A DNA stretch of 62,980 bases, the filler included. It is 6 parts of 6 records of this genome, joined end to end, with 100 filler letters (N's around TTAATTAATTAA, not from the genome) between each part and the next. Parts side by side here need not be neighbours in the genome. Positions count along the whole stretch, not along the records: positions 48,004 to 57,164 come from DRR723986_9548; positions 57,265 to 62,980 come from DRR723986_9557; 4 more parts are not named here. One strand, 5' to 3'. The notes under the pieces are model-generated. The model did no database searches. It was not told the origin of the DNA and saw nothing but the letters and a program-made list of their open reading frames with translations. A program made the translations under genes and the position numbers. This document shows positions 48,004 through 58,185 of this stretch, piece after piece; positions within the stretch are counted from its first letter, which is position 1; each line of letters starts with the position of its first letter.

Positions 48004-48354
48004 GCGCACCATCGACCAGTTGCGCATCACGTAATCTTGGATGCTGGCCTTGATCCACCACACGGCATAGGTGGAAAAGCGCACGCCGCGATCGGGGTCG
48101 AATTTATCGGCGGCTTTCATCAGGCCCAAGCTGGCCTCTTGAATCAAATCGCCCATCGGCGCGCCGTAGCGTTTGAATTTTGCCGCCATCGAAATGGCAA
48201 GGCGCATATAGGCGGTGATCAGGCGGTGCAGCGCCTGTTCGTCGCGTTGGTCGCGCCACGCATAGGCAAGCTTTAGTTCTGTCTCGGCGTCCAGCAGTTC
48301 TGCCTTCATCGCCTTTCGTGACAGGGTCATGTCGCGCGTTGAGTCGAATGCCAT
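48004..48354 (-). CDS. rpoH2: RNA polymerase sigma-32 factor RpoH2 (3' truncated)
   Basis: AMKAELLDAETELKLAYAWRD, DLIQEASLGLMKAA, RFSTYAVWWIKA, RpoH box RNWSMVR. Confidence 0.92.
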
Positions 48355-48418
48355 GGTATCCCCCAGTCGTTTGCCGCATTACAGTGCGTTGCGAGCTTTC
48401 TTTGCGTCTTTGGCAGTG

Positions 48419-48445
48419 TTACGGCTGTGCCTTGGGTTTGGATCA
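48419..48445 (-). promoter_or_regulatory. RpoE (ECF11/ChrR-type) promoter of rpoH2
   Basis: Minus strand TGATCC-N16-CGTAA. Confidence 0.75.
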
Positions 48446-48461
48446 AAAATTAGGTGAGCAG

Positions 48462-48983
48462 ATGTTGCCTTTGCTGACATTGGTTCTAGGGGGGGCGGCC
48501 TCGGGGAAATCGGCCTATGCCGAGGGGCTGGCCATGCGTGCCGCCCCCAACCGTTTGTATCTGGCCACAGCACAGGCATGGGATGATGAGATGCGCCAAA
48601 AAGTGGCGCGCCATCAGGCCCGCCGGCACCAGGGTTGGGCCACAATCGAGGCGCCCTTGCAGCTGGGGGCGGCCCTGGCGCAGGCGCCTGCCGATGGTGT
48701 GGTGTTGCTTGATTGCGCCACGATGTGGCTGTCAAACCATATGTTGGCAGGCCACGATATCGAAGCCGAAACCGCGCAATTGCTGGCCGATTTGGCGGCA
48801 TGCCCCTGCCCGGTGGTGGTGGTTTCCAACGAATTGGGCTTGTCGGTTGTGCCTGAAAACGCGCTGGCGCGGCAATTTCGCCAAGCCCAGGGCGAATTGA
48901 ACCAGCGTTTGGCCGCGCAGGCCGGGCTGGTGGCATTTGTGGCGGCAGGGCTGCCCTTGACCATGAAAGGGGTGTTGCCATGA
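48462..48983 (+). CDS. cobU: Adenosylcobinamide kinase/phosphate guanylyltransferase
   Basis: GGAASGKS, YLATA, LLDC..WLSN, VSNELG, GLPL. Confidence 0.95.
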   Translation: MLPLLTLVLGGAASGKSAYAEGLAMRAAPNRLYLATAQAWDDEMRQKVARHQARRHQGWATIEAPLQLGAALAQAPADGVVLLDCATMWLSNHMLAGHDIEAETAQLLADLAACPCPVVVVSNELGLSVVPENALARQFRQAQGELNQRLAAQAGLVAFVAAGLPLTMKGVLP

Positions 48984-49552
48984 GCCGGTTTTTCTGGGTC
49001 CGCCATGGGCCCACCCATGCCAAAACCATGGTGGGCTGGTCAGATCTGCCGGCCGATTTGTCAGATGTGGCGCAGCTGCAGCGGCTGCAGGGCTTTCTGC
49101 CCGCCGATGCGCTGGTGATATCGTCGGATCTGCAGCGCGCCGTTGCCACCGCCGATGCCATTGCGGGGCCGCGCCTGCGCCTGCCGCATGATCCTGACCT
49201 GCGCGAGATGCATTTCGGCGCATGGGAGCTGCAGCGATTTGATCAGGTGGAAGATCAGGCCTTGATCCGGCAATTTTGGGAAAACCCCGGTGATGTGCGC
49301 CCGCCCGGTGGCGAAAGCTGGCATCAGCTGGTTGGGCGTGTCGATGGGGCCGTGGCGCGGCTGATGGCGGCCCACCCGGGGCAAGATATTGTTGTGGTGG
49401 CGCATTTCGGGGCAATTCTGACCCAGGTGCAAACCGCGCTGCAATTGGGCGCATACGAGGCTTTTGCCCATAAGATCGATAATTTATCGGTGACTGAAAT
49501 TGCCTATACAGGGCAGGGCTGGCGCCTTGGCCGGCTGAACCATTTGCCGTAG
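48980..49552 (+). CDS. Histidine phosphatase (CobC-like)
   Basis: RHG, SSDL.RA..TA, LREMHFGAWE, VAHFG; coupled to cobU. Confidence 0.88.
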   Translation: MSRFFWVRHGPTHAKTMVGWSDLPADLSDVAQLQRLQGFLPADALVISSDLQRAVATADAIAGPRLRLPHDPDLREMHFGAWELQRFDQVEDQALIRQFWENPGDVRPPGGESWHQLVGRVDGAVARLMAAHPGQDIVVVAHFGAILTQVQTALQLGAYEAFAHKIDNLSVTEIAYTGQGWRLGRLNHLP

Positions 49553-49624
49553 CTGTGCTGCGCGGGCTTTGACATTGGCGCCAAGGCTGGGCAGGGTGGG
49601 CGCGGTTTGGGTAAGGGGTGTGCG

Positions 49625-50263
49625 ATGCTGGTTTTTGTCGATGCCAATTTGGTTATGTTTGCGGTGCCGAAAACCGGCTCTACCGCCTATCACCTGGCTT
49701 TGCGCGGCAAGGCCGATATCAGCCTGATCAACAAGCCATTTCTGAAACACATGAGCATGCGCAAATACGAGGCCGATTTCGCCCCGTTTTTGCAAAATGC
49801 CTATGGGCTGGCACCTGCCCGCGTGGCGGTTATGCGCGACCCGCTTGAACAGCTGCGCAGCTGGTATCGGTATCGCCAAAAACCCAAATCGCGCGCCAAG
49901 GCGGGGCAGCACGCGGCGCTGGGGCTAAGTTTTGATGACTTCGTGCAAGAAACCTTGAAAGACCGCCCCCAACCCATGGCAAGGGTGGGCAGCCAGTATG
50001 ACTTTTTATGTGGTATGGGCGGCGAATTGGCGGTGGATCACCTTTTTGCCTATGAACGGCCCCTGGTTTTATGCGATTTTCTGCAATCGCGGCTGGGCAG
50101 TGCGGTGGTGCCCAAACAGCATAATGTCTCGCCCCCGGCCGATACCACCATCAGCCCCGAGACAGAGGCGCAGCTGCGCCAGGCCCGGGCGCCTGATTTT
50201 GCGCTGCACGCGCAGGTGATGCAGGCCGGTGGGCATTGGCAGCGCGCGCGTGCCTTGGGCTAA
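49625..50263 (+). CDS. Sulfotransferase-like conserved protein
   Basis: VPKTGST (5'-PSB-like) and MRDP...SWYRY (3'-PB-like) motifs. Confidence 0.65.
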   Translation: MLVFVDANLVMFAVPKTGSTAYHLALRGKADISLINKPFLKHMSMRKYEADFAPFLQNAYGLAPARVAVMRDPLEQLRSWYRYRQKPKSRAKAGQHAALGLSFDDFVQETLKDRPQPMARVGSQYDFLCGMGGELAVDHLFAYERPLVLCDFLQSRLGSAVVPKQHNVSPPADTTISPETEAQLRQARAPDFALHAQVMQAGGHWQRARALG

Positions 50264-51792
50264 ACCACCTCGCCCGCATCCAGCCGCGCAAGCAGGCTGG
50301 CTGCATCGCGCAGCACGGTTTCGCGATGTGCCGGCGCCATGCGCGCCCAGGTGCGATACATCTGCGCCATGCGTGGGTTTTTGGCAAAACGCCCCTCGTG
50401 GCGCATCAGGAAATCCCAGTAAAGCAGGTTGAAAGGGCAGGCGCGCGGGCCAGTTTTTTCTTTGACCTTATAGGCGCAGCTGCCACAGTAATCTGACATC
50501 CTATCGATATAGGCGCCCGAGCTGACATAGGGCTTCGAGGCGATGATGCCATCATCGGCAAATTGGCTCATGCCGATCGTATTGGGGCTTTCCACCCATT
50601 CAAACGCATCCGTATAAACGGCCAGATACCACTGGTGCAGCTCTTGCGGGCTAACCCCGGCCAGCAGCGCAAAATTGCCTGTGACCATCAAGCGCTGAAT
50701 ATGGTGGGCATAGGCCTGCTGGCGGGTTTGGCCCACAGCCGCGGCCACACAGGCCATGCGCGTGGGCGCACCCCAATAAAACGCCGGCAGCGGGCGGGTA
50801 TGGCCCAAGGCATTGCGGCTGGTATAATCGGGGCCTTCGCGGAAATAGATGCCGCGCACATATTCGCGCCAGCCAATGATCTGGCGAATAAAGCCTTCGG
50901 CGGCATTCAGCGGCACCCGGCCTGCATGATATTCGGCCGCAACGCGCTGGCATATTTCCATCGGGCCCAGCAGGCCCAAATTCAGATAAGGCGACAAAAC
51001 CGCATGGTTTAAAAACGCGTCATCTTGCAACATCGCATCTTGGGTATCGCCAAATTGCGGCAGTAGATGCGTTGCAAAATGATCGAGCGCCTGCAGCGCC
51101 TGCGCCCGGTTTGTGGCAAACCAAAAATCATCGACCGTGCCAAAGTTATTGCCAAAATGGCGGGCGACCATGGCGCACAGATTTTGGGTGGCGGCGCTGG
51201 GGGCAAAGCGCATGGGTTTGGGGCGCAGCATATCGGGCTGCGCGCGCTTGCGGTTTTCGCTGTCATAGTTCCATTTGCCGCCCTCGGGCGTGCCATCGGG
51301 CTGCATCAACAGCCCGGTTTTGCGCCGCATCTCGCGGTAGAAATATTCCATCCGCAATTGCTTGCGCCCTTCGGCCCATGCCTGAAATTCGGCATGGCTG
51401 GCCAAAAAACGGCTGTCTTCCAGCACGCTTACATGCAGCGGCAGCGCATCGATTTCGGCAATCACACGCCATTCGCCCGCGCGCGTGGCCAACACGCGGT
51501 CGCAGCTATACAGGCTGGCATGGCGCAGAATTTCGCCACCTAAGCTGTGGGTGTTTTCCGGATCGTCCAGCTGGGTATAGGCCACGCGCCAGCCTTTCGC
51601 GCGCAGCTCATCGGCAAACTGGCGCATGGCGGCAAAGATCAGCGCAATTTTTTTGGGGTGGTGGGGCACATAGCGCGCCTCGCCCGCAACTTCGGCCATC
51701 ACCACCATATCTGTGGCCTTGTCGCCTGCGCGCAGGCTGGCCAGATCGTGCGACAGCTGATCGCCCAGCACGGGCAAAAGGCGCGTTACCAT
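50260..51792 (-). CDS. cryB: Fe-S bacterial cryptochrome/(6-4) photolyase (CryB/PhrB type)
   Basis: LGDQL, HHPKKI, RMEYFYR, RQIIGWREY, HHIQRLM; four Cys (RMAC, YCGSC, ACPF). Confidence 0.93.
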   Translation of the reverse strand: MVTRLLPVLGDQLSHDLASLRAGDKATDMVVMAEVAGEARYVPHHPKKIALIFAAMRQFADELRAKGWRVAYTQLDDPENTHSLGGEILRHASLYSCDRVLATRAGEWRVIAEIDALPLHVSVLEDSRFLASHAEFQAWAEGRKQLRMEYFYREMRRKTGLLMQPDGTPEGGKWNYDSENRKRAQPDMLRPKPMRFAPSAATQNLCAMVARHFGNNFGTVDDFWFATNRAQALQALDHFATHLLPQFGDTQDAMLQDDAFLNHAVLSPYLNLGLLGPMEICQRVAAEYHAGRVPLNAAEGFIRQIIGWREYVRGIYFREGPDYTSRNALGHTRPLPAFYWGAPTRMACVAAAVGQTRQQAYAHHIQRLMVTGNFALLAGVSPQELHQWYLAVYTDAFEWVESPNTIGMSQFADDGIIASKPYVSSGAYIDRMSDYCGSCAYKVKEKTGPRACPFNLLYWDFLMRHEGRFAKNPRMAQMYRTWARMAPAHRETVLRDAASLLARLDAGEVV

Positions 51793-52451
51793 GGCACGGG
51801 CATTCCCTGCCAATCGAAAAAGCCGCCACTATCGGCCTGCTGCAACCCACCGATCACGGCCAGCAAGTTTTCGGCGGCGGTGGCAGGCGGCACTGCCGGG
51901 TGGCGGCCCAGATATTTGCGGGTGAATGCGGTTTGCACCGTGCCCGGGTGCAGCGCCACGCATATTGCGCCCTTGTGGCTGCGGGCCAGTTCGATGGCGC
52001 CGGTGTGGATCACCTGGTTCAGCGCCGCCTTTGCCGCGCGGTAGCTGACCCAGCCGCCCAAGCGGTTATCGCCGATCGAGCCCACCCGCGCCGAAAGCGC
52101 CGCAAAAACGCAGCGCCCCGTGCGCGGCATCAGGGGCAGGGCATGTTTCAGCACCAAGGCAGGGCCGATGCAATTTAGCGCAAATTGCGCAGCCATCGCC
52201 TGGGCATCGATCTGGCGCAGCGATTTTTCTGGCGCCTGTCCATCAATTTCCAGCGCACCACTGGCCACCAGCACCAGATCAAACGGCCCCTGCAGCCCTG
52301 CCATGGCCTGGGCCACGCTGGCCTCGTTGGTGATGTCTAGCCCATCCACGCTGCGCGAGCGCGTGCAAACCGCCACGCCACGCTGGCGCAATGCGGCCGC
52401 CACCGCACTGCCAATTCCGCCCGAGGCGCCGATAATCAATGCCTTTTCCAT
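51786..52451 (-). CDS. SDR oxidoreductase, CsgA/C-factor-like
   Basis: GASGGIG, LSARVGSIGDN, YRAAK, LHPGTV. Confidence 0.92.
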   Translation of the reverse strand: MEKALIIGASGGIGSAVAAALRQRGVAVCTRSRSVDGLDITNEASVAQAMAGLQGPFDLVLVASGALEIDGQAPEKSLRQIDAQAMAAQFALNCIGPALVLKHALPLMPRTGRCVFAALSARVGSIGDNRLGGWVSYRAAKAALNQVIHTGAIELARSHKGAICVALHPGTVQTAFTRKYLGRHPAVPPATAAENLLAVIGGLQQADSGGFFDWQGMPVPW

Positions 52452-52459
52452 GGCCCAGC

Positions 52460-52486
52460 AGATAGGCCCCGGCCCGCCCGCTTCAA
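52460..52486 (-). promoter_or_regulatory. RpoH-type promoter of the SDR-cryB operon
   Basis: Minus strand TTGAA-N16-CTATCT ending 8 nt before the ATG. Confidence 0.65.
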
Positions 52487-52536
52487 CGTGCATTTCTGGC
52501 TTTTCATTTGCAAAGCGGTCTGTATAACTTGGGCGC

Positions 52537-52626
52537 ATGAAACAAAGTGGCCCCATTTCTTTCCCATTGCGCACCAGCGCAGCGCCCGCGCTGGCGCTAG
52601 GCCTGCTACTGCTAAGCCGCCTCTGA
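52537..52626 (+). CDS. leuA leader peptide (29 aa, Leu-rich)
   Basis: MKQSGPISFPLRTSAAPALALGLLLLSRL*; 8 Leu codons including three CTA; ends 85 nt before leuA. Confidence 0.8.
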   Translation: MKQSGPISFPLRTSAAPALALGLLLLSRL

Positions 52627-52711
52627 GCGTGCCCTGCATGGCGCGTCCGCTCAGAGGGTTGACCACATCGCGCCTCCAGCCTTAGCAGACACAACCAAAG
52701 AGTTCAGACAA

Positions 52712-54280
52712 ATGACCACGACCCAAGACAAAGATCGCGTTTTGATCTTCGACACCACATTGCGCGATGGCGAACAATCGCCCGGTGCCACGATGACCCA
52801 CGAGGAAAAGCTGGAAATCGCTGAGATGCTCGACGATATGGGCGTCGATATTATCGAGGCCGGTTTTCCCATTGCCTCGGAGGGGGATTTCAAGGCGGTA
52901 AAGGAAATCGCCCAAAGATCGAAACAATCGGTGATTTGCGGGCTGGCGCGCGCGAATTTCAAAGATATCGACCGCTGTTTCGAGGCAGTGAAACACGCAG
53001 CCCAACCGCGCATTCACACCTTTATCGGCACATCGCCCCTGCACCGCGCCATTCCAAACCTGACGCGCGATGAGATGGCCGAGCGTATTCACGACACAGT
53101 CACCCATGCCCGTAACCTGTGCGATAACGTGCAATGGTCGCCCATGGATGCCACCCGCACCGAATGGGATTATCTGTGCCGGGTGATCGAGATCGCCATC
53201 AAGGCAGGCGCCACCACCATCAATATTCCCGATACCGTGGGCTATACCGCGCCGATGGAAAGCGCCGATCTGATCAAACGCCTGATTGCCGAGGTGCCCG
53301 GCGCCGATGAGGTGGTTTTTGCCACCCATTGCCACAACGATTTGGGCATGGCCACGGCCAATGCGCTGGCCGCTGTGGCTGGTGGCGCGCGCCAGATTGA
53401 ATGCACCGTCAATGGCCTGGGCGAGCGTGCGGGCAACACCGCCCTGGAAGAGGTTGTGATGGCGCTGAAAGTGCGCGGCGATATCATGCCCTATTACACC
53501 CAGGTCGATAGCACCAAAATCATGTCGGTCTCGCGCCGGGTGTCTACCGCCAGCGGCTTTGCGGTGCAGTTCAACAAGGCGATTGTGGGCAAAAACGCCT
53601 TTGCGCATGAATCGGGCATCCACCAAGATGGCATGCTGAAAAACGCTGAAACCTTTGAAATCATGCGCCCGGCTGATGTGGGGCTGCAGGCCTCGTCGCT
53701 GCCTTTGGGCAAGCATTCGGGCCGCGCCGCGCTGCGCGCCAAAGCCAAGGATCTGGGCTTTGATCTGGCTGATAACCAGCTCAACGATATTTTTGTGCGT
53801 TTCAAGGATCTGGCTGATCGCAAGAAAGAGGTCTACGACGACGACCTGATCGCGCTGATGCGGGTGGGCGAAAACCCCGAAAACGACCGCCTGAAAATTC
53901 TGTCACTGCGTGTGGCCTGTGGCACAGGCGGCCCAGCCGAGGCGGTGCTGAGCATGGAAATCGATGGTGCACAGGTCAGCGCCACGCAAAATGGCGATGG
54001 GCCGGTTGATGCCACCTTTAAGGCTGTGCGCGAATTGCACCCCAATAAGGCGCGGCTGCAGCTGTATCAGGTGCACGCTGTCACCGAAGGCACCGATGCG
54101 CAGGCCACCGTTTCTGTGCGGCTCGAGGAAGATGGCAACATCGCCACGGGCCAATCGGCCGATACCGACACGGTTCTGGCCTCGGCCAAGGCCTATGTGA
54201 ACGCGCTGAACCGGCTGTTGGTGCGCCGCGATAAAACCGGGCAAGACCGCAAAGAAATCAACTATCGCGACATGAACTAA
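52712..54280 (+). CDS. leuA: 2-isopropylmalate synthase
   Basis: IFDTTLRDGEQSPG, HCHNDLG, GLGERAGN, HESGIHQDG, GDGPVDA regulatory domain. Confidence 0.97.
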   Translation: MTTTQDKDRVLIFDTTLRDGEQSPGATMTHEEKLEIAEMLDDMGVDIIEAGFPIASEGDFKAVKEIAQRSKQSVICGLARANFKDIDRCFEAVKHAAQPRIHTFIGTSPLHRAIPNLTRDEMAERIHDTVTHARNLCDNVQWSPMDATRTEWDYLCRVIEIAIKAGATTINIPDTVGYTAPMESADLIKRLIAEVPGADEVVFATHCHNDLGMATANALAAVAGGARQIECTVNGLGERAGNTALEEVVMALKVRGDIMPYYTQVDSTKIMSVSRRVSTASGFAVQFNKAIVGKNAFAHESGIHQDGMLKNAETFEIMRPADVGLQASSLPLGKHSGRAALRAKAKDLGFDLADNQLNDIFVRFKDLADRKKEVYDDDLIALMRVGENPENDRLKILSLRVACGTGGPAEAVLSMEIDGAQVSATQNGDGPVDATFKAVRELHPNKARLQLYQVHAVTEGTDAQATVSVRLEEDGNIATGQSADTDTVLASAKAYVNALNRLLVRRDKTGQDRKEINYRDMN

Positions 54281-54297
54281 GCACAGCCGCGCCCGCC

Positions 54298-54924
54298 CTA
54301 CGATCGGGGTGGGCGCGGTTTGTACACAGGCAGGCGCCAGCCCAGCCTGATCGAGCCTGCGCGCAGCACGAAAGTGGCGCTGGCGCTTAGCCCCAAAATG
54401 GCCAGCGTGGGCAAGCCCACCCATGAGGCCGCCACAAAGGCGCTGGCGCCTGCAAAGGCTGCGCTGACATAAAGCTCGCCCTGTTTCAAAACCAAGGGCA
54501 CCTGGCCCACCACAACATCGCGCATCAGCCCGCCCATGCAGCCGGTGATCATGCCCATGATCACCACCACCGGCGCCGGCTGGCCCAGGCTTTGCGCCAC
54601 GCCCGCACCGGCCGCCACGGCCACGGCCAGGGCGCAGGCATCCAGCCACAAAATGGCGCGCAGGCGGCTTTCAAACCGATGGGCGGAAAAGAACACAAAC
54701 GCCGCCGCTGCCACAGCCACGCCCAAATAGCTGGGCTGTGCCACCCAAAACACCGGGTTACGATCCAGCAGCACATCGCGAATGGTGCCGCCGCCCACGG
54801 CGGTCAGGCAGGCCAGAAACGCAAAGCCGATGATATCCAGCTGCGCCCGGCTGGCCACCAAGGCCCCGGTCAGGGCAAAGACCAAAACCGAGGCATAATC
54901 CAGACCGATCAGCGCGGCGTTCAT
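54298..54924 (-). CDS. Trimeric intracellular cation channel (TRIC/UPF0126) membrane protein
   Basis: [29 protein letters not shown]. Confidence 0.92.
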   Translation of the reverse strand: MNAALIGLDYASVLVFALTGALVASRAQLDIIGFAFLACLTAVGGGTIRDVLLDRNPVFWVAQPSYLGVAVAAAAFVFFSAHRFESRLRAILWLDACALAVAVAAGAGVAQSLGQPAPVVVIMGMITGCMGGLMRDVVVGQVPLVLKQGELYVSAAFAGASAFVAASWVGLPTLAILGLSASATFVLRAGSIRLGWRLPVYKPRPPRS

Positions 54925-55388
54925 GTGCTGGGCTTTTGTGGCTTAAACGGCGCCATGCCCGCGCGGGCCAAGGCATCGGCGCGTTCGTTTTCGGGGTGGC
55001 CCGCGTGGCCCTTTACCCATTTCCACGTCACTGTGTGGCGCGCCTGGGCACTATCCAGGCGCTGCCACAATTCGGCGTTTTTCACAGGCTTTTTATCGGC
55101 GGTGCGCCAGCCATTGCGTTTCCAGCCGTGAATCCAGCTGGTGACACCGTTTTTAACATAGGCGCTATCGGTAACGATGGTGATGGTGCTGGCCCGGCCC
55201 AATGTTTCCAGCGCCTGAATGGCGGCCAGCAATTCCATGCGGTTGTTGGTGGTATCCGCCTCGCCACCGCATAATTCGCGCTCTTTCAGCACTTGGCCGC
55301 CCTCGCTGGCGCGCAGCAGCACCCCCCAGCCGCCGGGGCCGGGATTGCCGGAGCATGCTCCGTCTGTATAGGCGTAAAGATCTGGCAT
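54921..55388 (-). CDS. rnhA: Ribonuclease HI
   Basis: [40 protein letters not shown]. Confidence 0.98.
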   Translation of the reverse strand: MPDLYAYTDGACSGNPGPGGWGVLLRASEGGQVLKERELCGGEADTTNNRMELLAAIQALETLGRASTITIVTDSAYVKNGVTSWIHGWKRNGWRTADKKPVKNAELWQRLDSAQARHTVTWKWVKGHAGHPENERADALARAGMAPFKPQKPST

Positions 55389-55443
55389 AGGGTTTCCTTG
55401 CTGTGGGTTTCCTAGCTATGTCTTGGGGCGGGGTGCAAGCGCT

Positions 55444-56049
55444 TTAGCCGCGCTTGGCCAAAAGAGCCACCCAGGGGGCAGGCACGCCATCTAGCCCCAT
55501 GTCTTGGCCATCGCGGCGCTGGCACAGCTGCAGGCCCGCTGCCTGAACCAGGTCAATCAATTGATCCGGGGTGAAATAGGTATAAAGCCGGCCCAAAGCA
55601 TCGCGGGCGCTGCCTTGGCCGGTTTTCAGCGCAATATGCAGATGCCCGCCCAGCCGCAGGGCCTGGGTGATGGCCGCCAAATGCTGTGGAATATCGGCCG
55701 CAGGGGCGTGCAGCAGGCTGAAATTGGCCCACACCCCATCAAGGCTGGCGGTGGGGGCCTTGGCCAGGGTGGTGGTGAAATCGGCCAGTTCGGCGCGCAC
55801 GCCGGGCCGGGTGGCTGCCAGATCTACCATGGCGCTGGCGGCATCTGTGGCCCATACCTGCAAACCGGCGGCCGCCATGTGGCCGGCATCGATGCCCGGC
55901 CCACAGCCCAGATCCAGCACATGGCCGCCCGGTGGCATGGCGGCGATGAATTGGCGCAACAGCTGGCCCGGGCGGGCTGCGGCTGTCAGCTGGGCATAAT
56001 CGCCCGCCCGCGCATTATAAAGCGCCAGTGTTTCTGGATCGGTGCTCAT
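55444..56049 (-). CDS. Class I SAM-dependent methyltransferase
   Basis: VLDLGCGPG, WANFSLLH; ATGA coupling. Confidence 0.9.
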   Translation of the reverse strand: MSTDPETLALYNARAGDYAQLTAAARPGQLLRQFIAAMPPGGHVLDLGCGPGIDAGHMAAAGLQVWATDAASAMVDLAATRPGVRAELADFTTTLAKAPTASLDGVWANFSLLHAPAADIPQHLAAITQALRLGGHLHIALKTGQGSARDALGRLYTYFTPDQLIDLVQAAGLQLCQRRDGQDMGLDGVPAPWVALLAKRG

Positions 56050-56498
56050 AAAAACGCGGTGATGGCCAAAGACACCACCACAATCGCGCTGAGCAGCACG
56101 CGCAGATGCATCCACCATGCGGGCGCCAGGCCTTGTTTCCAAAACAGCCAATCAATGCCCAAAATGCCCACAAACCCGGCCATAAGGTTTAATGCCGCGC
56201 TGACCGGGCCACCGCCCGTCATGAAAAACGCCCACAATGCTGGCACCACCGACAGCGCATAGCCGGTGGCGGCAATCTGGCCACTGGCGCGCGTGGCAAA
56301 GCCCCACAGCACGCCCGACATGAAAGACAAGATCACCGCACCATAAAACAGGCCCACATAAGGCCCGGTAAAGCGGGGGCCCAATGTGGCCGCGCTCCAT
56401 AACGCCAGATCGGGCAGCATATGGGTAATGGCGCCCCATAAAAACGGGATCAGGCCGGCCAGGCCCAACAGCAGGGCCGAACGTGGTATTTGGGTCAT
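56046..56498 (-). CDS. DUF3429 membrane protein
   Basis: [32 protein letters not shown]. Confidence 0.88.
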   Translation of the reverse strand: MTQIPRSALLLGLAGLIPFLWGAITHMLPDLALWSAATLGPRFTGPYVGLFYGAVILSFMSGVLWGFATRASGQIAATGYALSVVPALWAFFMTGGGPVSAALNLMAGFVGILGIDWLFWKQGLAPAWWMHLRVLLSAIVVVSLAITAFL

Positions 56499-57164
56499 GC
56501 AGGGTCTCGCAGCAAACGTGGAACCTTGAAATTAACACGCTCGACGGCGGTTTCCACCAGCTCGACCCGCACATCGAAACGGGCTTGAAAGGCCTCGATC
56601 ACCTCGTTCACCAACACTTCGGGGGCGCTGGCGCCCGCCGTTATGCCCAGGCTGGCAATGCCCTCGAGCGCGCGCCAGTCAATATCGGTTGCGCGTTGCA
56701 CCAATTGTGCATAGGCGCAGCCCGCGCGCGCGCCCACCTCGACCAAACGCTTGGAATTAGACGAGTTTGGCGCCCCCACCACCAGCATTGCATCGCATTT
56801 TGGCGCAATCTCTTTCACCGCCAGCTGACGGTTGGTTGTGGCATAGCAGATATCTTCCTTATGCGGCCCCACGATGGCTGGAAAACGCGTGGTCAGCGCC
56901 GCCACGATATCGGCAGTGTCATCCACGCTAAGGGTGGTTTGGGTGACATAGGCCAGTTTATCAGCGTTGCGCACCTGCAGGCGGGCCACATCTTGGGGGG
57001 TTTCCACCAGCAGCACATCGCCCGGGGGCAACTGGCCCATTGTGCCGATGGTTTCGGGGTGGCCTGCATGGCCGATCATGACAATTTGCAAACCGGCCTC
57101 GGCGTGGCGCTCGGCCTCGATATGCACCTTTGATACCAGCGGGCAGGTGGCATCGACATAGATC
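56495..57164 (-). CDS. ispH: 4-hydroxy-3-methylbut-2-enyl diphosphate reductase (5' truncated)
   Basis: [41 protein letters not shown]. Confidence 0.97.
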
Positions 57165-57264
57165 NNNNNNNNNNNNNNNNNNNNNNNNNNNNNNNNNNNN
57201 NNNNNNNNTTAATTAATTAANNNNNNNNNNNNNNNNNNNNNNNNNNNNNNNNNNNNNNNNNNNN
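57165..57264. other. Artificial contig spacer
   Basis: N44-TTAATTAATTAA-N44. Confidence 0.97.
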
Positions 57265-58044
57265 GATATATTGCGCGGTCATGACCTCGGCCATCGAGGC
57301 GCGGGTCATCCGGGCAATGTAGCCCATACCGTATAGCGCGATGGTGATCACCGGCAGGGTGAAGTTCCATATGGTGATGTCGGTCATTGCCGACCGGGCC
57401 GACCCAAGGAACAGCGTTCGACCGTCTATCCATCCGTTTTCCGCCAACCACGGCGACAGGCCCGAGGTGGAAGAGGCAAGAAGGATGATGAAAATCACGC
57501 CGGACACATATTCGGGTGTCGCGGTCGATGCGATCGAGAAGGTCGACAGAGATCGGTCAAGCCGGCTGCCCTCTCGCATCCCTGCGAGGATCCCGACAAT
57601 CAGGGCCGCGGGCACCATCACCGAAAAGGCCAGCAGCATCAGCCACCCGGTCAAGGCCAATCGTCCGCCAACGACATTCGACACATCGTCTGCCGACACC
57701 GTGGAATAGCCGAGATCGCCCTGCAGGACGCCGCAGAAGGTTGGCGAGTCCGCGATTGTCCCACCGGGATCGACGCAACGACCCGTCTCGGTGCCGTCCG
57801 CCGCAACACGTGTCCAGCCGGGCGCCACGCCAAGCCATTCACCATAGCGCACCAGCAACGGGCGGCTATAGCCGCGATTGTCCAGCCACTGCACGACCTC
57901 TGCGTCGGACATACGGGCATTGCCCTGGGTCTTCGCAAGCTTTTCGAGGTTGGGGCCGAGATTGGTGAGGAAGAAGACCACGAATGTGAGGCAAAGCGCG
58001 GTCAGGATCATGACGCCGAGCCGGCGTAGAATGAAGAGTCCCAT
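57265..58044 (-). CDS. Peptide/nickel ABC transporter permease, DppB-like (3' truncated)
   Basis: FILRRL, GDLGYS, ATPEY, ARMTRASM.EV. Confidence 0.92.
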
Positions 58045-58150
58045 GGGTTTCCCTGTCGCTAGTGCCGCCTGAGGCGGATTGGCCGGTTTCTTGACGAACC
58101 GTTAAGAACGGGAGCCATCTTGCCGACCGCCCCCGCGTCAGCAGGTAGAA

Positions 58151-58176
58151 GGGGCGGCGAGTGATGTCGCCGCCCC
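58151..58176 (-). terminator. Intercistronic hairpin after the substrate-binding protein gene
   Basis: GGGGCGGCGA-GTGATG-TCGCCGCCCC, perfect 10-bp stem. Confidence 0.6.
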
Positions 58177-58185
58177 AAAATCACA

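Noticed and set aside
7862-57264. Five copies of TTAATTAATTAA flanked by Ns, and Rhodobacteraceae genes next to planctomycete genes
   Set aside because: Artificial all-frame-stop spacers joining unrelated contigs; not a repeat family, CtrA site or horizontal transfer
58091-58105. TTGA-N7-TTAA CtrA-like site
   Set aside because: Single mismatched site inside an ABC operon with no supporting context
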